From assembly GCA_963755125.1 (NCBI GenBank), contig CAVWIP010000010.1, positions 384,001-448,000 of the forward strand: a stretch of DNA of 64,000 nt. Reading direction: 5' to 3'. Of this stretch, positions 8,532 to 18,352 are shown one piece after another. The notes beneath the pieces were generated by a model that did no database searches, was not told the DNA's origin, and saw only the letters and a program-made list of their open reading frames with translations. The stretch is from an uncultured delta proteobacterium. GTDB taxonomy: Bacteria > Myxococcota_A > Polyangia > Fen-1088. Each line of letters begins with the position of its first letter. The first letter of the stretch is position 1. The translations under genes and the position numbers were made by a program.

Positions 8532-11500
8532 TTGTCCGCGCTCAAAGTCATCTGTCCAAAATGTGCAAGAGCTCAGGAAGTCGCCGACGAGATTCCGGCC
8601 GGCGGCACTGACCACGTCTGCGTCTACTGCCGCACGGTTTTCAAGGTCAGACCACCCACAAGTCGGCTGACTGACGACCTGCCGGCGGCGCGCGAAGCCG
8701 TCCCGCGTCCAGGCGATTTGCCGGTTTCGCGCGACGCAATCCCGCGTCCGGGTGATTTGCCGGTTTCACGCGACGCAATCCCGCGCCCGGGCGATTTGCC
8801 GGTTTCGCGCGACGCAATCCCGCGCCCGGGCGATTTGCCGGTTTCGCGCGACGCAATCCCGCGCCCCGACGATCTCCTGCAGTCAAAGGGCAAGGCACGG
8901 CCGGGGTTGCTGCTCGGCCCGGAAAGGTCTTCCAGCAAGACACCTCCGCTGGGGTTGGCGCTTGAAGTGTCGTTGGCACCGCACTCCCCGGCGGCCGGCG
9001 GCGGACCTCCCCTGGCCCTTGACCTGGATTCCTCACCTTCGCCTGAGTCCCGACTGGGTCCCGCTCCATCTGGGCTAGCGTTGGACCTGGGTGGGCCTGC
9101 TGACGTGGCGCCCACTCCCAGGCAGGCAGCAGCAGGACCGCCCAAGCCGCCTCCTGCGGCCATGGCAGCGAAGGGGCCTGGCGCCGCCGCACCCATCACG
9201 GGCCGCGGCGGAACTGCTCCGCCGCCAATTCCCGCGTCAGCTCGGGTGGCGCCGGAAGTGGCTCCGGTGCCCACGTTGGCGCCGCTCACGCCGACCGGCG
9301 CGTCCGCGCCCAAGTTGGCGCCGCTCGCGCCGACCGGGGCGTCCCCACCCGAATCCGCGGCGCCGGGAAGCAAGCGAGCGTCAGGCAACGTGGATCTGGG
9401 ATTCAGCCTGGAGCTGGAGGGGGATTCTGGTTCCCAAGCGGGAGGCGCGGCCCTGCCCTTCCCGGGCGCGCGCGTCGCCAGCGAAGGCCTGGCCGAGGCG
9501 GCGGCCGCGGACCATTTGCCAGCCTTGCAGCCGGTCGCGGGGCGAGGGCCTTTGCGCGGCGGCGCCCTGCGGCCTGTGGCCAAGAAGGCTCGGATTCCCA
9601 AGTGGGCGATCGCGGCTGGCGTCGGGGTCGTGGTGGCGGGCGTCGCGGCCGTCATTTTCCTGTTGCCGGGGCGCCGGGCGCCCAAGGTCGAGGAGGTCAT
9701 CGGCCCGATGGCGGCGGGCTTGCTCGACGACAATCCAGCGGCCTACCAATCGGCCGAGAATCAGCTCGCGCAAGTCATCACGCCCCTACAGGACGAGGGC
9801 GATGCCCTGCGGAGCAAGGCTGCGGAGATCACGCTTCTCGACGTCCTGGTCCACAGCGAGGACCCCTCCAAGACAGCTCGCGCCGAGCAGCTTCTGCAAG
9901 CGATCAAGCCTTCGCAGAAACCGGTGGCCGGTCTTCTGCGGGCCAAGGCGCTCTTGGCCGTTGCCAAGGGCAAGCCCAAGGAAGCCGAGCCTGCCCTAGG
10001 AAATGAAGGCGGGCTGGCCGAGAACCAACTCGTCGTGGCCCTGGCTCGGATGGCGGATGGCAAGGCCTCCGCCGCACTGGATCCGCTGCATCGGTACGCA
10101 GCCGCCCGTCCCAAGGAACTGGTCGCGCAGTACGTGCTGGCGCGGGCGTCGGATGAAGCCGGCAAGCCCGAAGCGCGTTCGGAGTATGAAAAGGTTCTGA
10201 GCAAGAACCCGGAGCACTTCGGCGCTGCCCTGGGACTGGCGCGGACGGCGGCTACACCGGAACAACGCCTGGCCGCTGCGCAGGCTCTTGTCGATAGAAA
10301 GCAACCAGCCGCTTCGCCTAATGAGCTGGCGCAAGCCAACTTCCTGTGCGGCCAGGCCGCATTGGAATTGGGGCGCAGCCACGACGCGGAAGTGACCCTG
10401 CGCAAAGCGATCTCGCTGGACACACGCCTGACCTCAGCCCACTTGGCGCTGGGCGAGTCGTTGCTCTACGAGGGGCGCTACGACGAGGCGTTGACCACGC
10501 TCCAGGCTCCGGGAGCCGCGGTGGAGGCAAGCACGGCGGGCAAGTTCGCCCTGGGCGGCGCCTATCTGGCCACGGGGAAGCTGGAACAGAGCAGCAAGCT
10601 CCTCACCGTGGCCACCAAGGCCGCGCCCACCGACCCACGGGGAGCCTTCTGGGACGGATTCGCCGCTTCCACAAGGCAGCCCCCGGATTTGGTGGGCGCC
10701 GGCCAGGGCTATCGCGAGGCGCTCAAGCGCGATCCCAAGTTCTTGCCCGCGTCGCTGAAGCTGGCCGCACTTCTGCAGCAGCAGAACAAGGCGCAGGATT
10801 CGCTGAGCGTCCTGCGTGCAGCGGAAGAGGCCGGTGCTCCCCCTGCCATCCTACAGCTAGCCTGGGGTGACGCCCTGATTGTGGCGAAGGAGCCGGTGAA
10901 GGCCGAGGAGGTTTTCCGCAAGGCGCTGCAAGCGGATCCCAAGTCTGTCCAGGCGCGGCTGGGCGTGGCGGCCGCCCTGCAGGCAGAGGACAAGCTCACC
11001 GAGGCGAAAGCCTATCTTGAAGAGACGCTCAAGGAGATGCCGACTACGCTCGGGCTGCGCGAGCGGCTGGCTGCGGTTTGTCTTGCCCTGGGCCAGAAGG
11101 ACGAGGCGATGCTTCGCTATCAAGACGAACTGAAGGCCGGCCGGGTGACGCCAACCCTACGTTTGGCCCTGGCGCGGCTGGCGCTCGACCTGGGCAAGTT
11201 GGAGCTGGCCCAGAGCGAGGCGAAGAAAGTCGCAGACGAGAATCCGCGCAACGCCGAGGCTGCCTACCTGCTGGCTCGCGTCCACGAGACACGTGGCGAG
11301 TTGGGGGCGGCGCTCGCCGAGTATCGGCGGGCGCTCATGTGGGAAAAGCTTCCCCCCTATAACTACGGCTATGCCAGGGTCCTCTTGAAGGTGGGCAAGG
11401 AGCAAGAGGCCTATGCCGCGCTCGACGCTGCCAGTAGCCTGCCCGAAGCCCGAATGGAGCGTGGGCGCGAGTATTTTCGGCACGGCGAACTGGACAAAGC

Positions 11501-11915
11501 CCTGGTGGACTTCAAGGAGGCATCCAAGATGCTTCCCGACGCGGCCGAGCCGCTCATCTTCCAGGGGCTCTGCTACGACAAGATGGGACAGCAACCCAAA
11601 GCTGAAACCGCGTGGCGCGATGCAATTCGCGTGGCCCCTGACGCCTCGGAGCCGCACTATCGCCTGGGCCGGCAGGAGATGGACCGCGGCCATCCCACGG
11701 CCGCCATCGATCACTTCCGCAAAGCCATCGCCAAGATGCCGGCGAATGCTTCGTGGGCAAGCGAGCTTTATTTTCAGCTTGGCCAGGCGGAGTTGCTGAC
11801 CGGTTCCAAATCAGGCGCGCTCGCGTCGTTCAAGAAATACCTAGAGCTGGCGGCCCCGGACGCCCCTTCCCGACCCGAGGCGACCAAGCAAGTGGAGCGC
11901 TTGTCGAACAAGTAG
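8532..11915 (+). CDS. Zinc-ribbon / Pro-rich / single-TM / multi-TPR membrane protein
   Basis: CPKC..CVYC N-terminus, Pro/Ala linker, TM WAIAAGVGVVVAGVAAVIFLL, about 700 aa of TPR-like repeats. Start uncertain (TTG 8532 or GTG 8502). Confidence 0.85.
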   Translation: MSALKVICPKCARAQEVADEIPAGGTDHVCVYCRTVFKVRPPTSRLTDDLPAAREAVPRPGDLPVSRDAIPRPGDLPVSRDAIPRPGDLPVSRDAIPRPGDLPVSRDAIPRPDDLLQSKGKARPGLLLGPERSSSKTPPLGLALEVSLAPHSPAAGGGPPLALDLDSSPSPESRLGPAPSGLALDLGGPADVAPTPRQAAAGPPKPPPAAMAAKGPGAAAPITGRGGTAPPPIPASARVAPEVAPVPTLAPLTPTGASAPKLAPLAPTGASPPESAAPGSKRASGNVDLGFSLELEGDSGSQAGGAALPFPGARVASEGLAEAAAADHLPALQPVAGRGPLRGGALRPVAKKARIPKWAIAAGVGVVVAGVAAVIFLLPGRRAPKVEEVIGPMAAGLLDDNPAAYQSAENQLAQVITPLQDEGDALRSKAAEITLLDVLVHSEDPSKTARAEQLLQAIKPSQKPVAGLLRAKALLAVAKGKPKEAEPALGNEGGLAENQLVVALARMADGKASAALDPLHRYAAARPKELVAQYVLARASDEAGKPEARSEYEKVLSKNPEHFGAALGLARTAATPEQRLAAAQALVDRKQPAASPNELAQANFLCGQAALELGRSHDAEVTLRKAISLDTRLTSAHLALGESLLYEGRYDEALTTLQAPGAAVEASTAGKFALGGAYLATGKLEQSSKLLTVATKAAPTDPRGAFWDGFAASTRQPPDLVGAGQGYREALKRDPKFLPASLKLAALLQQQNKAQDSLSVLRAAEEAGAPPAILQLAWGDALIVAKEPVKAEEVFRKALQADPKSVQARLGVAAALQAEDKLTEAKAYLEETLKEMPTTLGLRERLAAVCLALGQKDEAMLRYQDELKAGRVTPTLRLALARLALDLGKLELAQSEAKKVADENPRNAEAAYLLARVHETRGELGAALAEYRRALMWEKLPPYNYGYARVLLKVGKEQEAYAALDAASSLPEARMERGREYFRHGELDKALVDFKEASKMLPDAAEPLIFQGLCYDKMGQQPKAETAWRDAIRVAPDASEPHYRLGRQEMDRGHPTAAIDHFRKAIAKMPANASWASELYFQLGQAELLTGSKSGALASFKKYLELAAPDAPSRPEATKQVERLSNK
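8673..8876 (+). repeat. Intragenic 39-bp tandem repeat (GDLPVSRDAIPRP)
   Basis: Four near-identical units at 8712, 8751, 8790 and 8829, plus a degenerate unit at 8673. Confidence 0.95.
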
Positions 11916-12012
11916 TTGGGGCGTTTTTCGTAACCAGCCACATGCCTCTCATATATGCCCCCAATGCCCGGAGGGAAACAAGAGTGACTCTGAAGCGTTG
12001 CGAGGATAAGAA

Positions 12013-12041
12013 TTGCGCATGCACATATAGATGTGCATACT
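12013..12041 (+). promoter_or_regulatory. vapBC promoter with palindromic operator
   Basis: TTGCGC-N17-CATACT. The inverted repeat ATGCACAT-ATAG-ATGTGCAT (12019-12038) fills the spacer and overlaps the -10 box. Confidence 0.75.
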
Positions 12042-12047
12042 AGGGCC

Positions 12048-12305
12048 ATGGCCAAGACGAAACGCGTGCAGGTGCTCATGGAGCCGAGTGAGTTCGATGC
12101 CCTGGGCCGCGTCGCTCGATCCCGCGGTACCTCTGTTGCCAGTCTGATGCGCGAAGCTGTGTGCGTCCAGTACGCGTGCACAACCGATCGCGCACGCCGG
12201 TCCGTCGCCGTGCAGCAGTTCTTGCGGCTGCCCGATACCCGGTTGCCCGCATGGCGGACACTCAAGAAGGAAATTGGGGAACGTCGTGGCCAGCGTCTTC
12301 CTTGA
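12048..12305 (+). CDS. Ribbon-helix-helix (CopG-like) antitoxin
   Basis: KRVQVLM beta strand then helix and SVASLMREAV. Overlaps the start of the PIN toxin gene. Confidence 0.85.
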   Translation: MAKTKRVQVLMEPSEFDALGRVARSRGTSVASLMREAVCVQYACTTDRARRSVAVQQFLRLPDTRLPAWRTLKKEIGERRGQRLP

Positions 12306-12717
12306 CGCCAACGTCTTTCTCTACGCGGTGGGAGGGGAAGGTCCCTACCGACAGCCGTGCCGGGCTCTCCTGCAAGCAGTTGGCGACGGTGGACTCGAAG
12401 CCGTGACCAACACCGAGGTACTGCAGGAAATCCTGCACGTACGCTCTCGACGCCTGAACATCAAGGACGCAGTCGTCGCAGTTCGCTCTGCCAGCGATCT
12501 GGTGCGCGAGGTTCTTCCGGTGAGGCGAGAGGATGTTCTGGAGGCATGCAAACTCCTCGAACGGCACCACGGCCTGGGAGCACGCGATGCCCTTCATGCC
12601 GCCGTCATGAAGAGTGCGTCGGTCCATCTCCTGGTCTCGCTCGACGGCGACTTCGATGTGATTCGGGAAATCAAGCGTTTGAGTCCCACCGACGCGCTCG
12701 CCCTCGCTCGGCCGTGA
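12286..12717 (+). CDS. vapC: PIN-domain VapC toxin
   Basis: FLDANV, EVLQE, RDALHAA and SLDGDFD acidic PIN motifs. Confidence 0.92.
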   Translation: MASVFLDANVFLYAVGGEGPYRQPCRALLQAVGDGGLEAVTNTEVLQEILHVRSRRLNIKDAVVAVRSASDLVREVLPVRREDVLEACKLLERHHGLGARDALHAAVMKSASVHLLVSLDGDFDVIREIKRLSPTDALALARP

Positions 12718-12762
12718 AGAGCGTGGCGGGTCTGGATTCCATGCGATAAGAAGATCCTTCGC

Positions 12763-14079
12763 ATGAGCTTCTTGGCCTATGTCGAAACCTACGGCTGCCA
12801 GATGAATGTGGCCGACACCGAGATGGTGCTCGGCCTGCTGCAGGGGGCAGGCTATCAGCGGACCCACGATCCGGCGGCGGCCGATGTGATTTTGATCAAC
12901 ACCTGCGCCGTGCGGGAAAGGGCCGTGGAGCGAGTCTGGGGCCGCGCCAGCACGCTGGCCACCTACAAGGTTCGGCGCCCCGACGTGGTTCTCGGCATCA
13001 CTGGCTGCATGGCGGAGCACCTGCGCGGCCAGGTGCGTGCCCGGGCGCCCTTTGTCGACTTGGTCGTGGGGCCAGATGGCTACCGGCGCCTTCTCGCTCA
13101 CATCGAGGAGGCGCGCGCCGGCGCCAAGATCGACGACACGCTCCTCGACCCCGGCGAAACCTACCAGGGCCTGGACCCAGTCCGCGATGCAAATGGAACC
13201 GTGGTCGGTGCCATCGCCGTCCAGCGCGGCTGTGACCGCTTCTGTTCTTTCTGCGTGGTGCCGTACACGCGCGGACGCGAGCGCGGCACCGCAGCAGACG
13301 AGGTGATGCGACGGGCGCGCGCGCTGGTCGCAGCGGGTGGCAAAGAAGTTCGGCTGCTCGGCCAGACGGTGACCTCCTACCGGCACGGCGACGTGGGATT
13401 TGCCAGCCTCCTGCTGGCACTGGCCGGCATCGACGGACTGGAACGGATTCGCTTCATGTCACCCTATCCGCTGGGATTCTCGGACGACGTGATTGCGGCC
13501 ATGGCTGGCTCAGCCAAGATCTGCAAGCACGTGCACCTGCCTTTGCAGTCCGCGTCCGACACGGTGTTGGCGCGCATGAAACGGGGTTACAGCCTGGCCC
13601 AGTACCGCGAGTTGGTGCGCGCCTTGCGCGCGGCCTTGCCTGGCGTCGCCATCACCACGGACCTGCTGGTCGGTTTCTGCGGCGAGAGCGAGGACGAGTT
13701 CGCCGAGACGCTGCAGGCCTTGCAGGAACTGCGCCTCGACAATGCCTTCACCTTCGCCTATTCCGAACGACCAGAAACCCTGGCGGCGCGGACCATGGCC
13801 GACGATGTTCCTGCCGAGGTGAAGCAGCGACGCTTGGCCCAGGTGATCGATGTGCAACGGCGAATCACCGGCGAGAGCCACGCGACCCAGGTGGGGCGGT
13901 GCGAGCGGGTTCTGCTGGAGGCGCCCTCGCGTCGCTCCCCCGACGAGTTGCTGGGCCGCACCGATGGCTTTCGCTCGGTGATCGTGCCGGCGGGAGCGAG
14001 GGCCAAGCCGGGCGCTCTGGTGGACGTGAGAATCGAGCGCGCCAATCCGGCGACACTCTTTGGGAGCATCGTGGAATGA
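12763..14079 (+). CDS. miaB: tRNA-2-methylthio-N6-dimethylallyladenosine synthase
   Basis: TYGCQMN, INTCAVRE, radical SAM GCDRFCSFC, PYTRGRE, HLPLQS, C-terminal TRAM domain. Confidence 0.95.
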   Translation: MSFLAYVETYGCQMNVADTEMVLGLLQGAGYQRTHDPAAADVILINTCAVRERAVERVWGRASTLATYKVRRPDVVLGITGCMAEHLRGQVRARAPFVDLVVGPDGYRRLLAHIEEARAGAKIDDTLLDPGETYQGLDPVRDANGTVVGAIAVQRGCDRFCSFCVVPYTRGRERGTAADEVMRRARALVAAGGKEVRLLGQTVTSYRHGDVGFASLLLALAGIDGLERIRFMSPYPLGFSDDVIAAMAGSAKICKHVHLPLQSASDTVLARMKRGYSLAQYRELVRALRAALPGVAITTDLLVGFCGESEDEFAETLQALQELRLDNAFTFAYSERPETLAARTMADDVPAEVKQRRLAQVIDVQRRITGESHATQVGRCERVLLEAPSRRSPDELLGRTDGFRSVIVPAGARAKPGALVDVRIERANPATLFGSIVE

Positions 14080-14570
14080 GCCAGGCGCGCATCGCGGTCA
14101 GCTTCGTCTGCACTGGCAACATCTGCCGCTCCCCCACCGCCGAGGCGGTCATGCGCCACCTCGTGCGCCAGGCTGGTCTTGACGGCGCGATCGACATCGA
14201 CAGCGCGGGCACCGGTTCCTGGCACGTGGGCGAGGCGCGCGATGAGCGCAGCCGGTCGGTGGGACTGCGACGGGGCATGCCCCTTGCCGGTAGAGCGCGC
14301 CAGTTCCAGCGCTCGGACTTCGCGCGTTTCGACTACGTGCTGGCGCTCGACCGCGAGAATCTCGCCGATTTGCTCAAGCTGGCCCCCGACGCCAATGCGC
14401 GCGCCAAGCTGCACCTGCTGCGCGAATTCGACCCGACCTCACCGCCCGGTACCGACGTGCCCGATCCCTACTACGGCGGCATCGACGGTTTCGAGCGCGT
14501 CTTCGAAATCTGCGAGACGGCCTGCCGTGGCCTGCTCGAACATTTGCGTCGTACCCACGGGCTTGGGTGA
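14076..14570 (+). CDS. Low-molecular-weight protein-tyrosine phosphatase
   Basis: VCTGNICRSP, DSAGT, VPDPYYG. ATGA overlap with the miaB stop. Confidence 0.95.
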   Translation: MSQARIAVSFVCTGNICRSPTAEAVMRHLVRQAGLDGAIDIDSAGTGSWHVGEARDERSRSVGLRRGMPLAGRARQFQRSDFARFDYVLALDRENLADLLKLAPDANARAKLHLLREFDPTSPPGTDVPDPYYGGIDGFERVFEICETACRGLLEHLRRTHGLG

Positions 14571-15424
14571 TGGCCGGGCGAAAACTGGAGGAGGCGGTAA
14601 CGCGTGCCATGGGCAGCGTTGTGCGGTCGTCGTGCGCGGTGTCCGGTGGCGACATCAACAGCGCGCACGAGATGACGTTGGCCGATGGGCGGGTGGTGTT
14701 CGTGAAAAGCAATTCCGTCGCGCATCCGACCATGTTTGCGGCCGAGGCGCGCGGCCTGGCCTGGCTGGCGCAGGCCCGCGCGTTGCGGGTTCCCGAGGTG
14801 CTGGCGGTGGGCGAGACGTTCCTAGTGCTTGAACGCATCTCACCCGCGCGACGCCGACCCGATTTCGACGAAAGGCTGGGCCGCGATCTGGCGGCCCTGC
14901 ACCGCTTCGGGGCGCCGGGCTTCGGCCTCGATCGCGACAACTTCATCGGGCGCCTGCCCCAGGCCAACGCAACCGCGCCGAGCTGGCCGGAGTTCTACCG
15001 CAGCCGCAGACTGGAACCGCAGCTTGCTCTGGCGCGCGACGCCGGCCTGTGCAGTTCGGCCATGGCCCGCGGATTCGACCGCCTCTTCACCGTGCTGGAC
15101 GAACGGGTGGGCCCGGCCGAGCCCCCGGCCCGTCTGCACGGCGATCTGTGGAGCGGCAATGTGATCGGGGACGAAACCGGCGTGGCTTGCCTGATCGATC
15201 CAGCCGTGTACGGCGGCCACCGCGAGGTCGACTTGGCCATGATGCGCCTCTTCGGCGGCTTCGGACACCACGTGTTCGCCGCCTATGAAGAGGCCTGGCC
15301 GCTCTCTCCCGGTCACGAAGACCGCGTGCCGCTCTATCAACTCTACTTTCTCATGGTTCACGTCAATCTTTTCGGCGGGCCGTATGTGTCGCAAGCCGAG
15401 CACGCTCTTCTTGCCATGGCGTAG
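14570..15424 (+). CDS. Fructosamine/ketosamine kinase family protein
   Basis: VSGGDIN, FVK, FAAEARGL, LHGDLWSGN, IDPA, HREVDLAM. Confidence 0.92.
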   Translation: MAGRKLEEAVTRAMGSVVRSSCAVSGGDINSAHEMTLADGRVVFVKSNSVAHPTMFAAEARGLAWLAQARALRVPEVLAVGETFLVLERISPARRRPDFDERLGRDLAALHRFGAPGFGLDRDNFIGRLPQANATAPSWPEFYRSRRLEPQLALARDAGLCSSAMARGFDRLFTVLDERVGPAEPPARLHGDLWSGNVIGDETGVACLIDPAVYGGHREVDLAMMRLFGGFGHHVFAAYEEAWPLSPGHEDRVPLYQLYFLMVHVNLFGGPYVSQAEHALLAMA

Positions 15425-15481
15425 TCGTACCTCCCGATCCTTTCACGGCCTTCACCGCAAGCTATTGCCCGGACAGGTACC

Positions 15482-17101
15482 CTACAGTGGCGGGACCAGG
15501 GATCCGGCCGCGGCGGGCAACGGCGCTGCCAAGGCGAAGATGATGTGGCTGCCGGTTTCCTCGACCACGGGATAGTGCTCGAAGAGGTAGCGCGCCACCG
15601 GCAGACGGCCGAACACCACGCGGTCGAACACGATGCCGTTGTACTTGGGTCCGTCGTAGCCGAGCGGCGCCACATAGTAGCTCGCGCCCTCGCGGCGCAA
15701 AGTCTCCAGCTTGCGCGGGGCCAGTTCGGGCGCCAGGCCGAGATCGTCGACGGTGAGCAGGCGCGCCTTGCGATGGGCGTAGTAGGTCAACATGCGCGCG
15801 ACGGCATCGCGGCTGCCCGAGATGAAGACGGCATCAGCAGGCAAGCGCCGGTCCACCGCCAGGCCCGCGTCCATCACCGTCCAGCACCAGGTGCCACGCC
15901 AGAAGCGCGAGTCCTGATCATTCTCACGCTGGACGACCTGGTTCCACAGCAGACAGTACAGGGCGAAGACGGCCAGCGCCGGGCGGTGAATCACGGCCGC
16001 GTAGCGCTCGGTCAACCAGGCGGTCGCGATGCCCAGCAGGCAGGCGACGATGGGCACGCTGGGCGCCTGGTAATAGAGATGGCCGCTCATCTGGCCGGCC
16101 ATGAACCAGTAGGCGATCCAGCCTGCGCCCCAGGCCAGGAGCAACTGAGGCAGGCCGCGCGCGCGCGCGTCCGCGTTTCGCCGCGCCACCCGCAACCCGA
16201 GCACACACAGCAGCGCTCCCAGCGGCGTGATGATGCACCACACATATCGGCGAACGAGCAGGCTGACCATGTGCCACGCGTAGCTGCCGCTGGTGAAGAG
16301 CCGCACCAGGTTGTTCACCGGCATGGTGTCGCCGCCCTGGCCGATCCAAGAGCCGCGCAGCTCGTAGAAGTAGACCGACGGGAACAGCACGGCGAAGCCG
16401 AAGAGCCACGTCGGCCAGTTCCACAGCGCGCGCCAGCGCAGCCGGCGCCAGATCAGGTACGCGATGGGAATGCCGATGAAAGCGTGGCTAACCTTGAGCA
16501 GGATCAAAATGGCAAACGCGGGCGCGGCCAGTGCGAATTGCCCCCACGCGCCCCGCCCGGCCAGGCTCCAGCGCCAGACCCGGTATAGGCCGAAACAGGC
16601 CAGCGCCATCAGCGTCGGCTCGCTCAGGAAGAGCTGATCGAAAAATCGATTGTAAGGCAGGAGCGCATACCAGCACGCCGCGAGCAGTCCGGCCCGCTCC
16701 GACCAGCCCTGGCCGACCAGGCGGAAAAGAAGGTAGATGGTGGCGAGAGCCATGAGGACGCTCCACAGGCGCCCAAGTAGCGCGATCTGCCGGTAGTAGC
16801 GCTCCGCAGCGACGACGTCACCACGCGCGGGTGCGTGCGCCAGGCCGACCAGTTCCAGCGCCCGGTAGCCGGTGTGGACGATGAGCGGCAGGATCTGACA
16901 TTCGACCACCACGTGGTCCTCGGTGATCTGGATGGGCAGATTCCAGAACGTGTTGGTGCCCTCCAGAAACAGGCGCGCGGGCAGCGCGTTCTGCACCTCT
17001 CGGTTGGAAAAGTACTCGACGAACGGCGTACCCAGCAGGTCAGCGCGCAGCAGGAAACCCAGGGCGAGAATCAGTCCGATGAACAGTCGGCGCCGAGGCA
17101 T
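15482..17101 (-). CDS. GT-C fold (ArnT/PMT-like) multi-TM glycosyltransferase
   Basis: Many TM segments, GRLWS, and LSEP after the AGLLAA..YALLP segment typical of ArnT-like proteins. Confidence 0.75.
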   Translation of the reverse strand: MPRRRLFIGLILALGFLLRADLLGTPFVEYFSNREVQNALPARLFLEGTNTFWNLPIQITEDHVVVECQILPLIVHTGYRALELVGLAHAPARGDVVAAERYYRQIALLGRLWSVLMALATIYLLFRLVGQGWSERAGLLAACWYALLPYNRFFDQLFLSEPTLMALACFGLYRVWRWSLAGRGAWGQFALAAPAFAILILLKVSHAFIGIPIAYLIWRRLRWRALWNWPTWLFGFAVLFPSVYFYELRGSWIGQGGDTMPVNNLVRLFTSGSYAWHMVSLLVRRYVWCIITPLGALLCVLGLRVARRNADARARGLPQLLLAWGAGWIAYWFMAGQMSGHLYYQAPSVPIVACLLGIATAWLTERYAAVIHRPALAVFALYCLLWNQVVQRENDQDSRFWRGTWCWTVMDAGLAVDRRLPADAVFISGSRDAVARMLTYYAHRKARLLTVDDLGLAPELAPRKLETLRREGASYYVAPLGYDGPKYNGIVFDRVVFGRLPVARYLFEHYPVVEETGSHIIFALAAPLPAAAGSLVPPL

Positions 17102-17254
17102 GGGGGCATGATGCGCCGGCGACCGTGGCCCTGTCCACATCTGCCCGAGCCATCCGCTCTCCCGGCGGTGTATGGTATCTGCAATGCTGATTTCGCCGCG
17201 CACCGGAATGGGCGTCCGACGTGGCACGCGCCTGCCCTCTCAGTCCGTGCTGCA

Positions 17255-18337
17255 ATGACCGTCGGTGTCGGCAAAGCTCCAGGGGCCGCAGCCGTGGTTG
17301 CGGTCGAATATGCCGGGCGCGACGTGCGCGCGGCCGTGCGGCGCGCCCTGGAGGCCGCGGACTGGACCCACGCAATCCCGGCGGGAGCAGACGTCTGCCT
17401 CAAAGTCAACCTGGGCTGGGATCTCTTCATCCCGGGCTCCATCACCTCGCCTCTGGTGGTGGAATCCCTCATCGAGGCCATTCGCCCGCATGTCGGCAAG
17501 CTCTACGTGGTCGAGGCCGATCAGGTTCTGGAGGACATCGAGCGAGCCTTCCGGTCGAGCGGCATGGCCGAGGTTTGCCGACGCACGGGCGCCACCTGGC
17601 TGAACCTGTCGCGCGAGCGGACCGTCCCCATGCACAGATCCGACAACGTGGTGCTCAAGCGCATCGACGTGCCCTGGGTGCTGCGCGAAGCTTTGCTCAT
17701 CACGGTTCCGGTGATGAAGACGCACGCCAAGACCGGCCTCACCGGTGCGCTGAAGAACCAGTGGGGGTGTCTCAGCAAGCTGCGACACGAGTATCATCTG
17801 GTGCTGGACCAGGCGCTTGCCGATGTGAACAGTGTCTTGCGCCCTGCTCTCGCGCTCATGGACGCCACCATCGGCCTGGAGGGCAACGGGCCCAAGTCGG
17901 GCCGGCCCCGGGTGGCCGACCGCATCCTGTGCTCGGCCGATCCGGTCGCGCTCGACACTGTCCAGGCCGTCATCATGGGTCTCGATCCCGCCTCCGTCTC
18001 GCACCTGGCGGCGTGCGCAGCGCGGGGCATCGGAACCAATGATCGGACGGCCATCGAGGTACGCTCGTCGGAGCCGCTGCCTCCCCTTGCGCCCTTTGCG
18101 CCTGCGCGCCACAACCTGGTCTCGAGGGTGGAGACCTTCCTGCGCCGCTCCCCGGTCAAGCGCCTGGTATTCAACACGCCGCTGCTCCGGCTGCCCTTGT
18201 TGGGGGCGAAGATGTACTACCGTGCGTGGGCTCGACGCTACGCGGGCTTGGCCTGGGATGCGGCCGCAGCACACCCTGTATATGGCCCGCAGTGGCGGGC
18301 ACTGGTCCGTCCCTGGCCAATCCGGGCGGCTCGATAG
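17255..18337 (+). CDS. DUF362 family (Fe-S associated) protein
   Basis: LKVN, PVMKTH, TGALKNQWGC, DATIGLEGNGP, DPVALD. Confidence 0.88.
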   Translation: MTVGVGKAPGAAAVVAVEYAGRDVRAAVRRALEAADWTHAIPAGADVCLKVNLGWDLFIPGSITSPLVVESLIEAIRPHVGKLYVVEADQVLEDIERAFRSSGMAEVCRRTGATWLNLSRERTVPMHRSDNVVLKRIDVPWVLREALLITVPVMKTHAKTGLTGALKNQWGCLSKLRHEYHLVLDQALADVNSVLRPALALMDATIGLEGNGPKSGRPRVADRILCSADPVALDTVQAVIMGLDPASVSHLAACAARGIGTNDRTAIEVRSSEPLPPLAPFAPARHNLVSRVETFLRRSPVKRLVFNTPLLRLPLLGAKMYYRAWARRYAGLAWDAAAAHPVYGPQWRALVRPWPIRAAR

Positions 18338-18352
18338 AGCGAGACCGAGCGC

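Noticed and set aside
7009..8670. 553-aa plus-strand ORF
   Set aside because: Antisense to the EndoQ-UvrD gene; no recognisable domain.
8712..8867. 39-bp repeats as a possible CRISPR array
   Set aside because: Units are head-to-tail with no spacers, in frame inside a CDS, and no cas genes are present.
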